From Obrimoposthia wandeli (taxonomy: Eukaryota): a DNA stretch of 64,000 bases. The notes beneath the pieces are model-generated. The model was not told where the DNA came from, did no database searches, and worked only from the letters and a program-made list of their open reading frames with translations. The stretch lies in contig CDROCS010001545.1 of assembly GCA_977020255.1 (NCBI GenBank), positions 62,001 to 126,000 on the forward strand, given 5' to 3'. Shown piece by piece: positions 49,866 to 62,800 of this stretch (position 1 is the first letter of the stretch; each line of letters opens with the position of its first letter). A program made the position numbers and the translations under genes.

Positions 49866-51479
49866 AATGACTATTACAATATTATGTATTATCTTACAAA
49901 ATACACATTTATTTATTTTTCTCTAGCCTAATACAGTGAACATGTGTATATATATACATCTTAGGAGGAATCATAATAACTGCAGATTGGTTAAGAAATT
50001 TTCAAATAACAAAAAAAGTGATGGAATATTTTAAGTTTATATTCTAAATCTGTCCAACAATCTATCGATAGAAAGAAAAAACTGTAACAACCTTGAACAA
50101 TTTAATAAGTAGCTGAATACTTCACTACTCAGAAAATATTATGAAAGATAACATCTACCTTAGCGCTATTTTAAATATATTATTGTAATTTTAAGTACAC
50201 TGTCTAAAAACCCAAACAACGGTGTGAAAAGATGTCCATGCCTTATTTTCATCTATATCCATTTTTCCTCCTACTATTTTGAAACAAGTGGTAGATTAGG
50301 AAAAAATTAGAATATAAATAAATAAATACTTATTTATAGTAAACATTTAACATCAAAATATTGAAGGTTAAAATAAAACGATTTAAAATAAAGTATATTT
50401 TTTTAAATAAATTAATAGGTGTTTAGTGAATAAATTGAGACCTTGAAGAGGCCATAAAATATGTATGTAAAAACAAGAAAAATGTATAAAAAAGGTCGTA
50501 GAAAAAGTTAAGTTATCTGAACATTTAGACAAACAAATTAAAGTTCAAGAAGACTATTCGACAGTTGATTTCTGCAAGTAAACGAGATTTACAGATTGAA
50601 ATAATTGACATCCGGCCTTATAATCTTGCACAGTAAATACAGTGCAATTATCTAGATAAACTAATTATTTATCAGTAAATTTGCATTTAAAAGAAACTGA
50701 GCAGAGCCAAAGGGTTGGTATTTTATAATCCGAAATAAATCAGTACCATATTACCGAAGTTGTAAAGATCTATTAATTCAATAAAAAAGAGAAGGTACCA
50801 GGGCAATTCTCCGAAGAGAAACATATGACCGAAAAGGCCTAGGGGACCTAATATCCGACATCTAGTGGCAACTCCGGAATGCAAGAGACTAATATTGGTA
50901 ATCACATATTTGAAATATTTAGTAATTGAATTGTAAATTACGTAATCACGTAAACGAGAATTAAATAAACATATTTGAAAATCCACGTAAGGATTGTAAA
51001 ATGGAATATTAGTAATTGAGTGTATATTTTGTTAGTTCTAAAAATATTGAGTCACACAACAAATCAAACGAATCGCAAAGCCGTTTTAAGTAATGTAACT
51101 ACTATAATCGAAGATCTCTCATTAAAAAATCAGTGAGTGTTGAGTATTTTGTGAACTCTCCAATAGAGACTAAATAATAGTTTTTTGTAATTTTTAGTAG
51201 CGACTTGGTATCTGTATTGTAATATTAATATATTATTTAATTAAATAAAACGCGAATCTTTGAATTAAAATTTTGGAGAAAATCCCTACAAGCTTATATA
51301 AAACTTCATCGAGAACAACTAACTTAATAGTCAGCAGCGAGGTAACCAATGAGACTATAGACCACGCCCTGATATAGTCAGAGGAGTATCGTCGACGTCG
51401 ATTGGTTCTGTCTTAGTTTTGCTTATTTCTGGCCTTGGTTTAGCCAGACCATTTTTGAATCTAAAATCCAAATTGGCCT

Positions 51480-51700
51480 AACTGGCTTGTGCATCAGACC
51501 TACACAACACAACACTAGATTTAGGAACCATCCAGTTATCTTAAACACAGTCCCTGCCAAACAAAACAAACAACACAATTAGAAAATCTTCAGATAGTGA
51601 GACAAACCTTTAGACAATTGAGAATATATAGGCCCCATCTATCTGTAAGCCCTATCGCTACATAACTCACGTCGGGGGCCTCCATACGAGGATTATAATC
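51480..51700 (+). mobile_element. LTR-like fragment related to 5900-6270
   Basis: Shared ~60-bp block ATCTGTAAGCCCTATCGCTACATAACTCACGTCGGGGGCCTCCATACGA. Confidence 0.5.
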
Positions 51701-51844
51701 AGGTTTCATTAAAAAAAAACCAACCGAAGCATTTTCCTAATCTATGGACGTACAAATATTCCGGCTCTTAATTTAGCCCCTGATAAATCTGGAAACATTG
51801 ATCTTATATAACAAAGAGAATTTCATTCAATATTCATATTTTTA

Positions 51845-52400
51845 TTGTATTGCTTCATAAGTCCAAGTTTAATATGTAGAAGTTGAAATTGAAAATTTTG
51901 TATTGGAATTAGTTGATCATGTAGGATGTTGTAACTATCTGAAAGAAGAGTATTCCTAGGAGGTCAGACTCTTCTTTGATATTGTTGAATCTAAGATCGA
52001 ATGTTTTGTATATCCTTGCATTCCAAGTACGAAAGCTAACATTTTAAAATCACCACATTTAACATTTCTAGACGATATTTTAAATTTTTAATGCAAATAT
52101 AGCAATTTAATTTCTTTCCCAACCTTATAATTAATATTTCCTGTCAAAATAAATTCATATAACAAGAAATTGTTGAGCCTAACATTTGCAGACAATTCTC
52201 AAATCATCATAAAAATGTTCGTATTTACTTGAATAATGAGATACTTATTTTATAATATAATGAATGTTAAAAACAACATTTATTTAATATATATCATATA
52301 CAATCGTAAACGTGGGTTATCACCTAAAAAGAATATTGTATGATTCTTTTTTTTTTAATGTGTTATTGAAGATTTAAAAAATCTTTCAAATTTTAGATAT
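51845..52400 (-). mobile_element. Chapaev-like (CMC group) transposase relic
   Basis: DFKMLAFVLGMQGYTK and LHIKLGLMKQ correspond to the DFKM...LG.Q.GYTK and LHIKLGLMKQFVK motifs. Confidence 0.7.
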
Positions 52401-53269
52401 ATTTTTTATCTCACATTTCTAGTGTAAATTCTAGAAAAATTAGTTAAGATACAGTTAAGTAGTTATTTAAAAATAATTAATTCACTCCCTATTTATAAAT
52501 ATGCTTAAAGAACTTGTCATTCAAACGAAACGGCATTACTTAATATAAAAATGTTGCATTTTACTGCAGCATTTGAAACTATAAATCATTAAAGATTTAT
52601 CTGATTGAGAATTAAATTTTAGAATATTCGATAATTGATAGCTAGAATATCCTTTGTTTAATATTCAATCTTCAAATGTTCAATTTTGAGATGGACATTT
52701 TATATGTTTTACTATATCTTTACCAAAACGAGTATTTCTTCATGTCAATCTCGAACAAAGCAATAATGCACATCGCATGTCCATATCCGAGCAGTTATGT
52801 AAGTTAAGCAATCGCAATCGTCCTGATAAGCACTCATGCGATCGCTCATACAGATCCAGTAGTTTCAGTCAACTGAACATCAACTAAACTGAAGCTCATG
52901 CGTTCCAAAATCGCGTTCAGCGTATCAACCGAAGAATAGAACGCATTTTTACGATGTTCGTCAGTGTTTTACGAGGATTCCAGATTCAACGACGAATCCG
53001 CAACTTACAGAATCTTCTAAGATCATTTAACTTATTTTAATACTAGAAAATCAAACTGTAAGCGTAAATCTGTAGATTAATCATCATCAGATGGTAATAA
53101 AGTTATAAAACTAGAAACAATTAATAATATTTCTGTTGAACTGGTTGAAATTTTTTAATTTCAAATAGTTTATAGTTTTTAACGTCCTATTAGTCAAACA
53201 TTTTCAACTTAATGGGTTATGATATTCATCATATTTTAAAATTTGCAAAATAAAAAGATAAAATTATTC

Positions 53270-55076
53270 AATCATACCCAAGTCTAGTGAAAAATTCATG
53301 GCTCTCAAAATAGAATTATCAGCTGGAACATTGAAATTTTTAGATTCGTATGCTTTTACAACAACTAGTTTTGAAATATTGGTTAGTTATCTTCCAAGTT
53401 CACCATATACGTCAAGATATTTTAGAACTGATTTGATATCTAATAAAGGTGCTTTTCCTTATGAATATATTTCTTGTGAATCTAAGTTGTATGAAGATAG
53501 ATTGCCTCCAAAATGTGAATTTCCTAATAGGGTTACAGATGATAAATATAATTTAGCTCACACAATGTGGACAAAACTATGTTGCACTAATATTAAAGAC
53601 TATATGATGGAATATATGCGTCTTGATGTATACTTACTTTGTGATGTATTTGAGTCTTTTAGACAAAATGTTAGATCTGATGATAATCTTGAGGCTTTTA
53701 ATTTCTATAGTATTCCAGGTTTTAGTTGGTGTGGTTCAGTAAAATCATTAACAAACAGGGTAGAATTGATGCATGATCCGGAAATGTATAATCTCTCTGA
53801 AGCAGGTATTAGAGGAGGTATGACTTTTGTCAATAAACATTATTGTATGACCGATGATAGTACATAACTTCTCTATATAAATATAAATAACTTATACGGC
53901 TGGGCTTTAAGCCAACATTTACCAAATATGTAATTTAAGGGGATGTATGCTAATTTGATGATATTTTGAATTTAGTTGGAAGTAATAAGGATTTGAGTAA
54001 AAACGTATGGGGTTTTCTGGTTGAAGTAGTTTTACATATTCTAGATCGTATATATAATAAGGTTGATAATTTACCTATTGAACAACATAAGATGTGTCCA
54101 CCAAATTAAAAACTCCTATATTGATTTTAACACATAATGAAATAAAGCCTTTCATAATACATTTCCGTTTACTACAATTCTATTATTTCTTTATGCCGAA
54201 ATCATTAAAAATTCATAGGGTTATTCGGTTAAGACAAGCATCCGTTTTAAAATAATATATAGATTTTAATTCAAACAAGAGGGCAACTAGTGTCAATAAG
54301 TTTGAATATGAATTTTATAAGTTGAAAAATAATTCCGTTTACGATAAAACGGTTGAGAATCTTAAGATGCGGCTTGATATTAGATTATGTAATAATAATA
54401 AACGGTTTGAAAAATTAGTTTTGAGTGCTTGGTTTAAATGTCATACTCAAATAAATGATGATTTAAACTTAGTTTTTATGCAGAAACAGGAGATATGTTT
54501 AGACCAGCCTGAGTATATTGGTCAAGCCGTACTTGATCTCTCTAAATGACGTATGTATCAATTACAGTATATTTAGCTTGAACGGTATAGGAAAATTTTT
54601 AATTGTAGTATTCGAATTGTAGCTATGGATACAGATTCTTATTTCCTTGAGTGTGTGAATATTAATAAGGATAAATTACTTAAAGAAATGATTAAGGATG
54701 GGTATTTAGATAAGAGTAATTATCCTAAAACACATATCTTGTATTCGGAAAATTTTAAACTGTAATTGGAAAATATAAAGATAAAAGTGAGAGTACTGTA
54801 TAAAAGGAGTGGGTTTTCTTAAAACCAAAATGTTATTAACTTCAAAATAAATTAATGGCTAAGGGTATTTCTTTGAAACAAACTAAATTAAGACATCAAG
54901 ACTACCTCAATTGTTATGAAAATGAAGAAATTATTAGTGTTAACCAGTCACGTATAGCATCGGTTTACCATCAGCTTCACATAACCTTTACCTCTAAAGT
55001 TGCTTTAAAATGTTTTGATTATAAAAGGAGATGGGTTAATAAGAATAAAGCTTATGGACATTTCAGTTTAACTTAA
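53270..55076 (+). pseudogene. Protein-primed family-B DNA polymerase (pPolB) of a Polinton, decayed
   Basis: FLDSY, KGAFPYEY, DVYLLCDVFESFR, GIRGG, NNLYGWALSQ.LP, NNSVYDKTVEN, YIGQAVLDLSK, MDTDS, KPKCY, AKGI and DYKR...AYGHF occur in order, with stops. Confidence 0.93.
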
Positions 55077-55588
55077 CAATTTGTAAATAATATATATTGA
55101 TTTTGTTGTTGTCTGATTTTATATTTAATGTTGTTGTATATTATTATTTTTGTTGTATACTATCATTTGTGTGCATTATTACACACACTCACATACACTT
55201 TCATTTGTATATATATAATACAATTTTTGTCTTAAATTGATAGTAGGTGGATGTGTCCGGTCTAATCCACCCCCACGGGGGGGGGGCTAACACTGTCTTT
55301 TAAAATCGTGCAAGTTTGTGGAGTGAAATTTCGTGCATATGTGTGGAGTGAAATTTCGTGCATGTGTGTATGGAAAAAATATTCTCTTGAAAAATTGCAA
55401 AATTAACGAAAAGAAATTGGGGAGGTCCAAAATATGTTTTGCCCCTTCCGGGGCAAATTACCCCATCTCCCACCCACCCCTTCGGGGCGGGCTCTATTCT
55501 CGTTATCCAGGGGCGAGAATAACTACAAAAAACATACCCTCCAGGCGCTATAGTATTTTTCTTTCACTTTACCCATCTACCTCTCACT

Positions 55589-56436
55589 ATGACAACTATA
55601 CATGTAGATGACACATACTCCACAATTGAGGTAAATTATTTATATGTTTAAATTTAATTAAGGTTTTTTGTTGTTGTATGAACCCGTCCAGATAATTGAG
55701 GAGACATGGGGAGAAATTACTCTTTTCCCCAAGAAACGGACAAACTGAGCAGAGGTGAAGAAGACGAAGCGCTTGAAAAAATGTCGCACCACGAAGCTCA
55801 ATTCTTCTGAGGCGGTGATTGGCCAGCAGGAGATTCTCCCATCTCTAGGTGAACGACAGGCCAATTCTGTACGAGAGAATACATGTCTCTCCGATCGAGA
55901 TTAGTCCGCCACCGAGTCACTGAAACCTGTAAGAGACATCACCAGCTTCATTGAGTATAAAACAAAAATTGGCCAGGGCTTGGGAGACTGCTTCTCCTCG
56001 TCCAACAATCAGCCAGAACTTCAAGAGGGCCTGGGATGAAGCTGGATTAGACGAATTCCTGGCTGAACTGGATACTCCGACAATGCTTCCAGAATTGCGA
56101 GGGCAACAGGATGCCGTCTCACGTCAGCTTCAGCGTGAGAAGGAGGAGAAACTGAAGAAAGCTCCACGGAAGAGGAAGGCTACGACTTCTACGTCGGGAC
56201 CATCAACATCGACTGCACCTCCTCCCAAAAGGTTGCGGCAACTACTACCAAAACCTCAGGGAACGTCAATTGCTGCACAACAATCGGTGAAACCGAAAGA
56301 GAAACCTGGCCGAACAAAGAAGAAGGAGGCTGTACCGTTTACTCCGATAAAACGCAGTCGGAGGGATTTCAATGAGGATGATCCCAATGATGACTTTATG
56401 AAGATTTTTAGAAATAATATAATTTATAAAAAATAA
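55589..56436 (+). pseudogene. Spliced accessory gene next to the left TIR of family B (acidic and basic low-complexity protein)
   Basis: MTTIHVDDTYSTIE|GTAAATT intron (55631-55691) to a CCAG acceptor; broken frames lead into the 161-aa basic ORF 55951-56436. Confidence 0.5.
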
Positions 56437-58129
56437 TTTCATGTGTTTCGTTTTCTTTTTTATATTTATTTAAAAAAAAAATTAATTTCTTTAACAAATT
56501 TAGTAATATTAAAATACTATCTTTAAGTTTATTAAAATAGTTAACTTATTCGAATGTGATTGGATTAATAAGGAATAATTCTTCATTAAATTTTTTCAAG
56601 TTTAAAATTTATATAGAAATGTAATGATTAGTTATAGATTTATTAAACTCTCATTTGGTAAATAAAAATATATCATTTAATTGAATGGGATTGGATTAAA
56701 AATATCTTAAATTTATATATATAGGTTCAAATTTATTAACCTCTTCATAAATAAAAAATGGAATTTATTAAAATTTAAAGTCTCGTGACGAAGATAGAAG
56801 AAAATATCAGGAGAAATGAGAAGAAAGGGGATTTAAGAAAGAGGGTCCTCAATCAGAATCTCTACGCTGCTGTCGCGACCGAGTGGAATCGTCGGGTGGA
56901 GATACAAGATAGAGAAGAGATGGAGGACAATCGGCGAGCTGCAAGAAAGAGAATCCTCCAGATTAAACCGGAAGAGGGTCCTTCTTCAAAAAACTAAAAT
57001 TTTGAATATTATTTTTTCTTTTGTCCTTATTGATTATATATAGTGTTATATAATTGTCTAAAAATTTTGCATAAGCATACTAAATATAAACAATTTTATA
57101 TATTATATTTTTTATAACAAGGATAATAAAAATGGGAATAAATTATACATTAAATTATCTCCTGATTAAATGGAAGATTATAAAATAAATTACTTCATAG
57201 AAAATGATACTTCACAAATTGTTGGAGATAAAATATGTAATTTAATTTCGAAATATTTAGGTATGTTTACATATTATATAATTTATTTTAATTTTCATAG
57301 GAGAATTGACAATATATATCAATCTTAACATGAAAAAATGAATCCTGAGTACTTTGTTATTTTCATAAATTTTTGATTAATGGTTTTTTATTCGTTATAA
57401 ACAAAGGGATTTGCTACAAATTTGGGTAATTATGCAAGAATATATCATAGATTTTGAGGTTTTCATTAACAGAAATGGAGATTATATTATAATATAATTA
57501 TGTATTATGGATGTATGTGACGTTTTTCATCCTTTGCATTTCATATTTCATATAGATATACCGTTAAGAAGTTTAGATTATAAGAAAAAATTTACTAATA
57601 TGTATCTAACTAATTATTTTTATTTATTAAAATGGAAAGAAGGACATAAGGCTTTTTGTGAAATATGTATTTTCGATACAATTAAATCTAATTTTGATAT
57701 TGAAAATGGATTTTTTTATGTTTTAGATGAAATGGATGGCAAAAAGTATAAGACTTTAAAAAAATATTTTACAAATTTGAGATTGAATACTTTAAATATT
57801 TCACGTGATCATCTAATAAAAATTCCACGAAATATTGGCTGTCCAAATCGTGATCATGGTGACCATTGCGCAAATAAAAAATGTTGAAGTCTATCTTATG
57901 ATTACTTGACATGTAGATAAACAATTCTTCTAATTGGAGAAATTCATTATTTACAAAATAAAATTTTCATCCTATTATAAATAATTAAAAATAATCGGAT
58001 AATAAAAGAATATTAAAAATAATATTATCAACCAATAACAAATAAACAATCCTTCTCAGTGAATGAATAAATTCAATATTTTCATCCAATAAGAAAAGAG
58101 CATGTGTGCATCAAATTTAGTATATAAGC

Positions 58130-58636
58130 AAACACTTTCTTCATGTAAATCCCCGACTATTTGAAATAATGACTATGGTAAGAAACTTTATTTTTTATTT
58201 CTTTATTAATATTTATTTTTAGATTACGTGTAACCTGTTTCCAGCATATTGTGGTGCTTCGGCTCCGCATGGAGGAGAGTCCTGCATGGAGATAATGTCC
58301 GCATACTATCGGACAAAGTCTAATGGGCTTCTATTCTTTGTTTGCCCCTTCTGCAGAACAATGGAGGAGTAGGAGTTTCGAGACTACTTCGGTTAACATC
58401 GAGCTCATCTATCCTGTTTCACGGCCAACAACAAGAAGAGGGCTATCGTGCAATTGGTGCGCGATTCACAGGTTGCTCCAGCTCCTGCCCATGTTCCAGC
58501 TGCAGTCGTTCAACCCGTTTACGGTCCTGCGATTAGTCCTTTTCTCCCGTCTCCTGATTCTGCAGTTGCCTCATCCACTCAAATGAATAACAATGAGTGG
58601 ATGAACGACATATCCCAAGAAGATTTTGAGATGTAG
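58130..58636 (+). pseudogene. Spliced accessory gene with a PHD-like Cys/His cluster and acidic tail
   Basis: ATG|GTAAGA 45-nt intron (58178-58222), then ITCNLFPAYCGASAPHGGESC...FVCPFC...NNNEWMNDISQEDFEM*, in one frame with two internal stops. Confidence 0.5.
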
Positions 58637-58907
58637 CAGTCTCAGTGGAGCGACAATGGTTGGTTGGAGACCATATAGGAATCTGATTTCGTCGAGTTAA
58701 CGTACGACAGCTAGATGGATTCCGTCAATGAAGAGGACTTTCAACCAGCTACAGTTGAATTGGCTTCATTAGGTTTTTTTTTATTATTATTTTTCTGACT
58801 ATTTTTTAGAATTGTAATTATATATTTTTTATTTTTATTTTTATTCAGGAAATACCTTGATACAACCATCATCCGCTACGACATCTATGCCTTCTCCATC
58901 GCGAGTG

Positions 58908-58966
58908 AGTAGTATATAGTGTCGGTACTAAACCAAATGATCAATATGGTTTTACAGTAAAAGGTA
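58908..58966 (+). mobile_element. Collapsed family-A Polinton terminus
   Basis: AGTAGTATATAGTGTCGGTACTAAACCAAA is identical to 32848-32877 and is followed by TGGTTTTACAGTAAAAGGT, an inverted family-A subterminal motif. Confidence 0.85.
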
Positions 58967-58988
58967 AAATAAATATGTTATAGTTAAG

Positions 58989-61040
58989 GTGTCATTAGGA
59001 AATGAAATTTTATTAAACATAGGTGTAGATTCAAATATTGAAAATCTTTTAAAATCAGAAGTGACTAAATTAGGACAGGCTAAGGTTCAATTTTGCGAAA
59101 CAGTGCAGTTTAAAAATTTCAATGAGGAGACTAAAACTTGGGTAATTTCACATAAAGCAACTGTTTTCTATAATTATTTTGTAACTGAAATTGGAAGAAA
59201 CCTAGATGAAAAAATTGATAATTATAGCGAGTTAAGTAGTGGATGGACTCTAGTTAGAATTCACGATTTTAACTTTGTTCTAACAAAGTTCACTGACATG
59301 ATATAACTTTCTGGGAGTTCATACATTCCTTCACCTAGATCTCTTCAACTTTCACGTTCCAATGTTAACGTACAAAACAGTGACAACCTTTGCTTTCTGT
59401 ATAGCCTGTTGGCCATCCTCAAAAGGGATGTAATTACTGAGCACAGAGAGTGTGTCAGTAAATATGTCCCTTTTTTAAATGAATTGCAGTATCATGGAAT
59501 AGATTTTCTTTTTAAATTTACTGCGATATCAAGATTTGAACACCTTAATAACTTGAGTATTAATTTATTCAAATATAATACTGATATCCCAGTTAATGTA
59601 ACAGATGAAGAAATTTTTAAAAATCCTTTTGTAGATGTAAATTATAGGAGCAAAAATGAGGGGACTCAGGTCAACTTAATTTTGCTCGAACATAATAAAA
59701 AATTCCATTATGCTGCAATTCCCAATTTATATCATCTTCTAAATTTAGATAATGGAGCCTTACCGGTTAGGATAAGGTGTAAGTGGTGTCATAGATATTT
59801 GCATGGTTTCCGATCCGAGCACTTTTACAGCAAATATCTGACATTATGTACACTGAATCCTGATGACAATACGCTATATAGCATGCCTAAGGATAAGGAT
59901 TTAAAATTCAGGGATTTGGCAAAATGCATACCCGTGGAATTCAGGGTGTATGCTGATTTTGAGTCAATTCTAAGCGTTGGGTACATAATGCTCTTAGGAA
60001 ATTTCATGTATACCTCAAACTTCAGAGAAATATTTATCTTTAACTGCATATACTGCATTCTGCAGTTTAAGATTCATATATTCTCTGCAGTTTTTGAGTA
60101 GGTCATTAAAAAAAAATTAACGGCATATTTATATGCATGGCCAAATACACAGTCGGTGTTCCCAGCTTCGGTTAATGATAAGGGGATTTTTCCGTATAAA
60201 TTTGCGAAAACCTTTGCAGATTTAGAAATTATTACAGAAATCTCACCCATAACTGAATTTGAGGGTGTAAGTCTTGAAGCCTAAAATGAGGCCCGTACAT
60301 TTTGGGAGAATAATTGTCAATTATATGCTTTATTATATGAAGTTAGACATTTATCTTTTAGCTGATGTTTTTGAGTCCTTTCGTGTAAAATCTTTAGCAG
60401 AAGATGGGCTAGATCCCATACATTTCTTTAGTTTACCTGGTCTTTCATGGGCAACAACAATAAAAACTCTTAAAATTAATACCGAGTTACTGCAAGAGTA
60501 TTTGTCTTGATCGACCGAGTTATATAGGTCAAACAGTTTTAGACATTTCTAAACTCAGAATGTACGAGCTTCAATACATAGAATTAGAGAAATATCGACA
60601 AGAATTCAATTGTGAGATCAAGATCGCAGCTGGGAACTTTGACTCTTTCTTTTTAGAATCTAAAAATGTTAGTTTAGATAATCAATTATTACCGGCAATG
60701 TTTAGGGACAACTTGAGTTTAACCCTATGAGTTTAAAGAATATTATCGGGAAATTTAAGGATGAAAGCGAGGGACAGGTTTCGTATGATGATTGTATTTT
60801 CCTAAGCCCTAAATGCTACAGTTTACATGCATCTAATAATACATGTTCAATTAGAGCAAAGGAACATGAGGCCTAACGGAACGTTTATGATGCTGGGTGT
60901 ATTGAAAGCGTTGAGCAAACTAGATTTATTTCAAGAGCCCATCAACTGTATTCCCTTAAATCAACACAAATCACTTTGAGTAGTAATGACGATAGGGTAG
61001 AAAAAAACGCTAGCCTGGCTTATGGACACTTCCGAATTTA
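58989..61040 (+). pseudogene. Second Polinton pPolB, with N-terminal region and internal deletions
   Basis: SGWTL, GSSYIP, NVQNSDNLCFLYS, YADFES, FPYKF, DIYLLADVFESFR, IGKFKDE, SPKCY and AYGH in order. Confidence 0.9.
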
Positions 61041-61322
61041 AACGGTTTTCATTTCTTGATTTTTTTGTTAAGTTTATTAAAATTTTAGATCCTTATGGCA
61101 CCTTGACTCTAACTTTTTGTTATTTCAATACTTTTTTTAGGTTGGGCCTTATCTATGCTGACAAATCTCATTGTGATGTTGTTTTTAATAAATGTATTAA
61201 AAAAATTCGTCTTATGTCTTTTATTATTTTACCCTTATATTTTTTATGGATTTAAAAAATAATTCAAAATAAAACATTAAAATATTTATTTTTATAACAC
61301 ACTAATCGTTTTGCAACGATAA

Positions 61323-61640
61323 CTATAAAATACATAAATGTCCACAGTTTCTCGTCGCAGGATCTTGATATTGTATCATGTTGTAAAATACTCTTCTTTG
61401 TCCTTTTTGAATAATTGAAACAAGTTTGTGTGGATAATACATTGCAAGTGGATCAAATACATTTTTTGTCCACTCTCTAATATAAATAGCTATCCAATGT
61501 TCTCCTGGTAAATTCGAAGTATGAGTATTGATAATGTAACCTCCAGATTGAAAAAATGGAATCATATCAATAGGATAAACTCCATTGAATTTATCACCCA
61601 GGACCTTATCTGCTGATTCTTGTACTTGTACTGAACTAAA
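61323..61640 (-). CDS. Adenain-type cysteine protease of Polinton
   Basis: GVYPID, NTHTSNLPGEHWIA (His), FDP (Asp) and QYQ...NCG (Gln/Cys). The frame is open across the catalytic residues; the start codon is not evident. Confidence 0.85.
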   Translation of the reverse strand, partial: FSSVQVQESADKVLGDKFNGVYPIDMIPFFQSGGYIINTHTSNLPGEHWIAIYIREWTKNVFDPLAMYYPHKLVSIIQKGQRRVFYNMIQYQDPATRNCGHLCIL

Positions 61641-61683
61641 TAAAAATTAATAAATATAAATTTAAAAAATGTCTTACTTCATT

Positions 61684-62220
61684 CTATAATATGACAGTTC
61701 TGTTTTTATTGATTTGTATTTCGGAATCAAACACTCCGTAAATAAGCACCGTAGTAGGATGTGTTAAAGCTGCATTGAACTTAATTTCTAGTCGTAAATT
61801 TCTATCCTTTAGTAGTTGGCATTGGTTTATATCAAAGTCTGGTGTCAAAACAAATGTGAAGAAGGGGCAGCTGCTTTTAAACTCAGTGAAAGAAATACCA
61901 TTGTTTATATTTTTATCTAGTTGGCCCAAATTCCGAATAATAGATTGCGTATAAGCCAAAGCATAAGCGTTACCTTCGAAATCTGTTTTATATGTTTCGC
62001 GATAATCAGTATTTCTTGAAAGTGTCACTGAACCTACATTAAGATTGTCAAATTGAGTTACATCTGTCGTATAATTTCCTAGAAACGTTGCAGTTTTTTG
62101 AAAAGAAATTAAAACGAATTTCGGTAATCTTACATCACCAAAAATTTGATCTTTATTAAAAGCTGTGTACCCGTACCTAAAGAGTAGGGCCAATATGGAT
62201 TCCCGTGGTATTCTCTAATC
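61684..62220 (-). pseudogene. Major capsid protein, C-terminal half
   Basis: FFTFVLTPD...NLRLEIKFNAALTHPTTVLIYGVFDSEIQINKNRTV is the typical Polinton MCP C-terminus. The 5' half is missing and the right TIR follows. Confidence 0.85.
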
Positions 62221-62559
62221 ACCTTTGATATTAGCGGTAAATTTCAAAGTAAAATAAAAAATTGTGGGGGGACCCCCCTCTACCTCTTCGTGTGGAATGG
62301 ACACACACATGCACGAAATTTCACTCCACACACATGCACGGTTTTAAAGGACAGTGGTAGCATCCCTGTGGGAGGGAGAGGTGGGTGGATTAGACCGGAC
62401 ACATCCACCTACTTATGACCACTTAAGCCGTAGTGACGAGTTATCCATTGTTTACTGTACATCACCATAACCATAATTTCTACATTTGATACTATATAAT
62501 TTATATTTTATTTTATTCTCCTGGACCAGGGATGGGAAACTTAGCAATAAATGGAATCA

Positions 62560-62800
62560 GATTTAAGTTTCTGTAGTTTTTTGAATATAACATACCTTGC
62601 AACTGTCAAGAAGCATTTATTAACAAACTGTCTATTTAAAAAAGCCTTAATTTTTCAGTTAAATAACTTCATCCTTCCTGGCTTGTCCAGTAAGGTGTTT
62701 GAATTTATTATTAATAGATGTATTGTAGTGCCTCTCAATGTTTGACACCTTATCGACAGCAAGACTTTCATGTCAAATGAGACAAGTTGGCTGCTTAAAA
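62560..62800 (-). mobile_element. hAT (Buster/Charlie-type) transposase N-terminal relic
   Basis: SNIERHYNT...LTGQARKDEV..LK resembles the NLKRHY.T.H...G..R..K...LK motif; a CAGGGATGGGAAAC TIR-like sequence lies at ~62526. Confidence 0.45.

Larger units (their letters stand above)
55242..62413 (+). mobile_element. Polinton family B (composite, decayed) bounded by ~115-bp TIRs
   Basis: AGTAGGTGGATGTGTCCGGTCTAATCCACCC at 55242 and its exact reverse complement ending at 62413, with shared subterminal repeats. Flanks ATTGAT/TATGAC are not a clean TSD. Confidence 0.7.

Noticed and set aside
55236-62419. Treating 55242-62413 as one intact insertion with a TSD
   Set aside because: Flanking hexamers ATTGAT and TATGAC match only 3 of 6, and a foreign family-A terminus lies inside; reported as composite.
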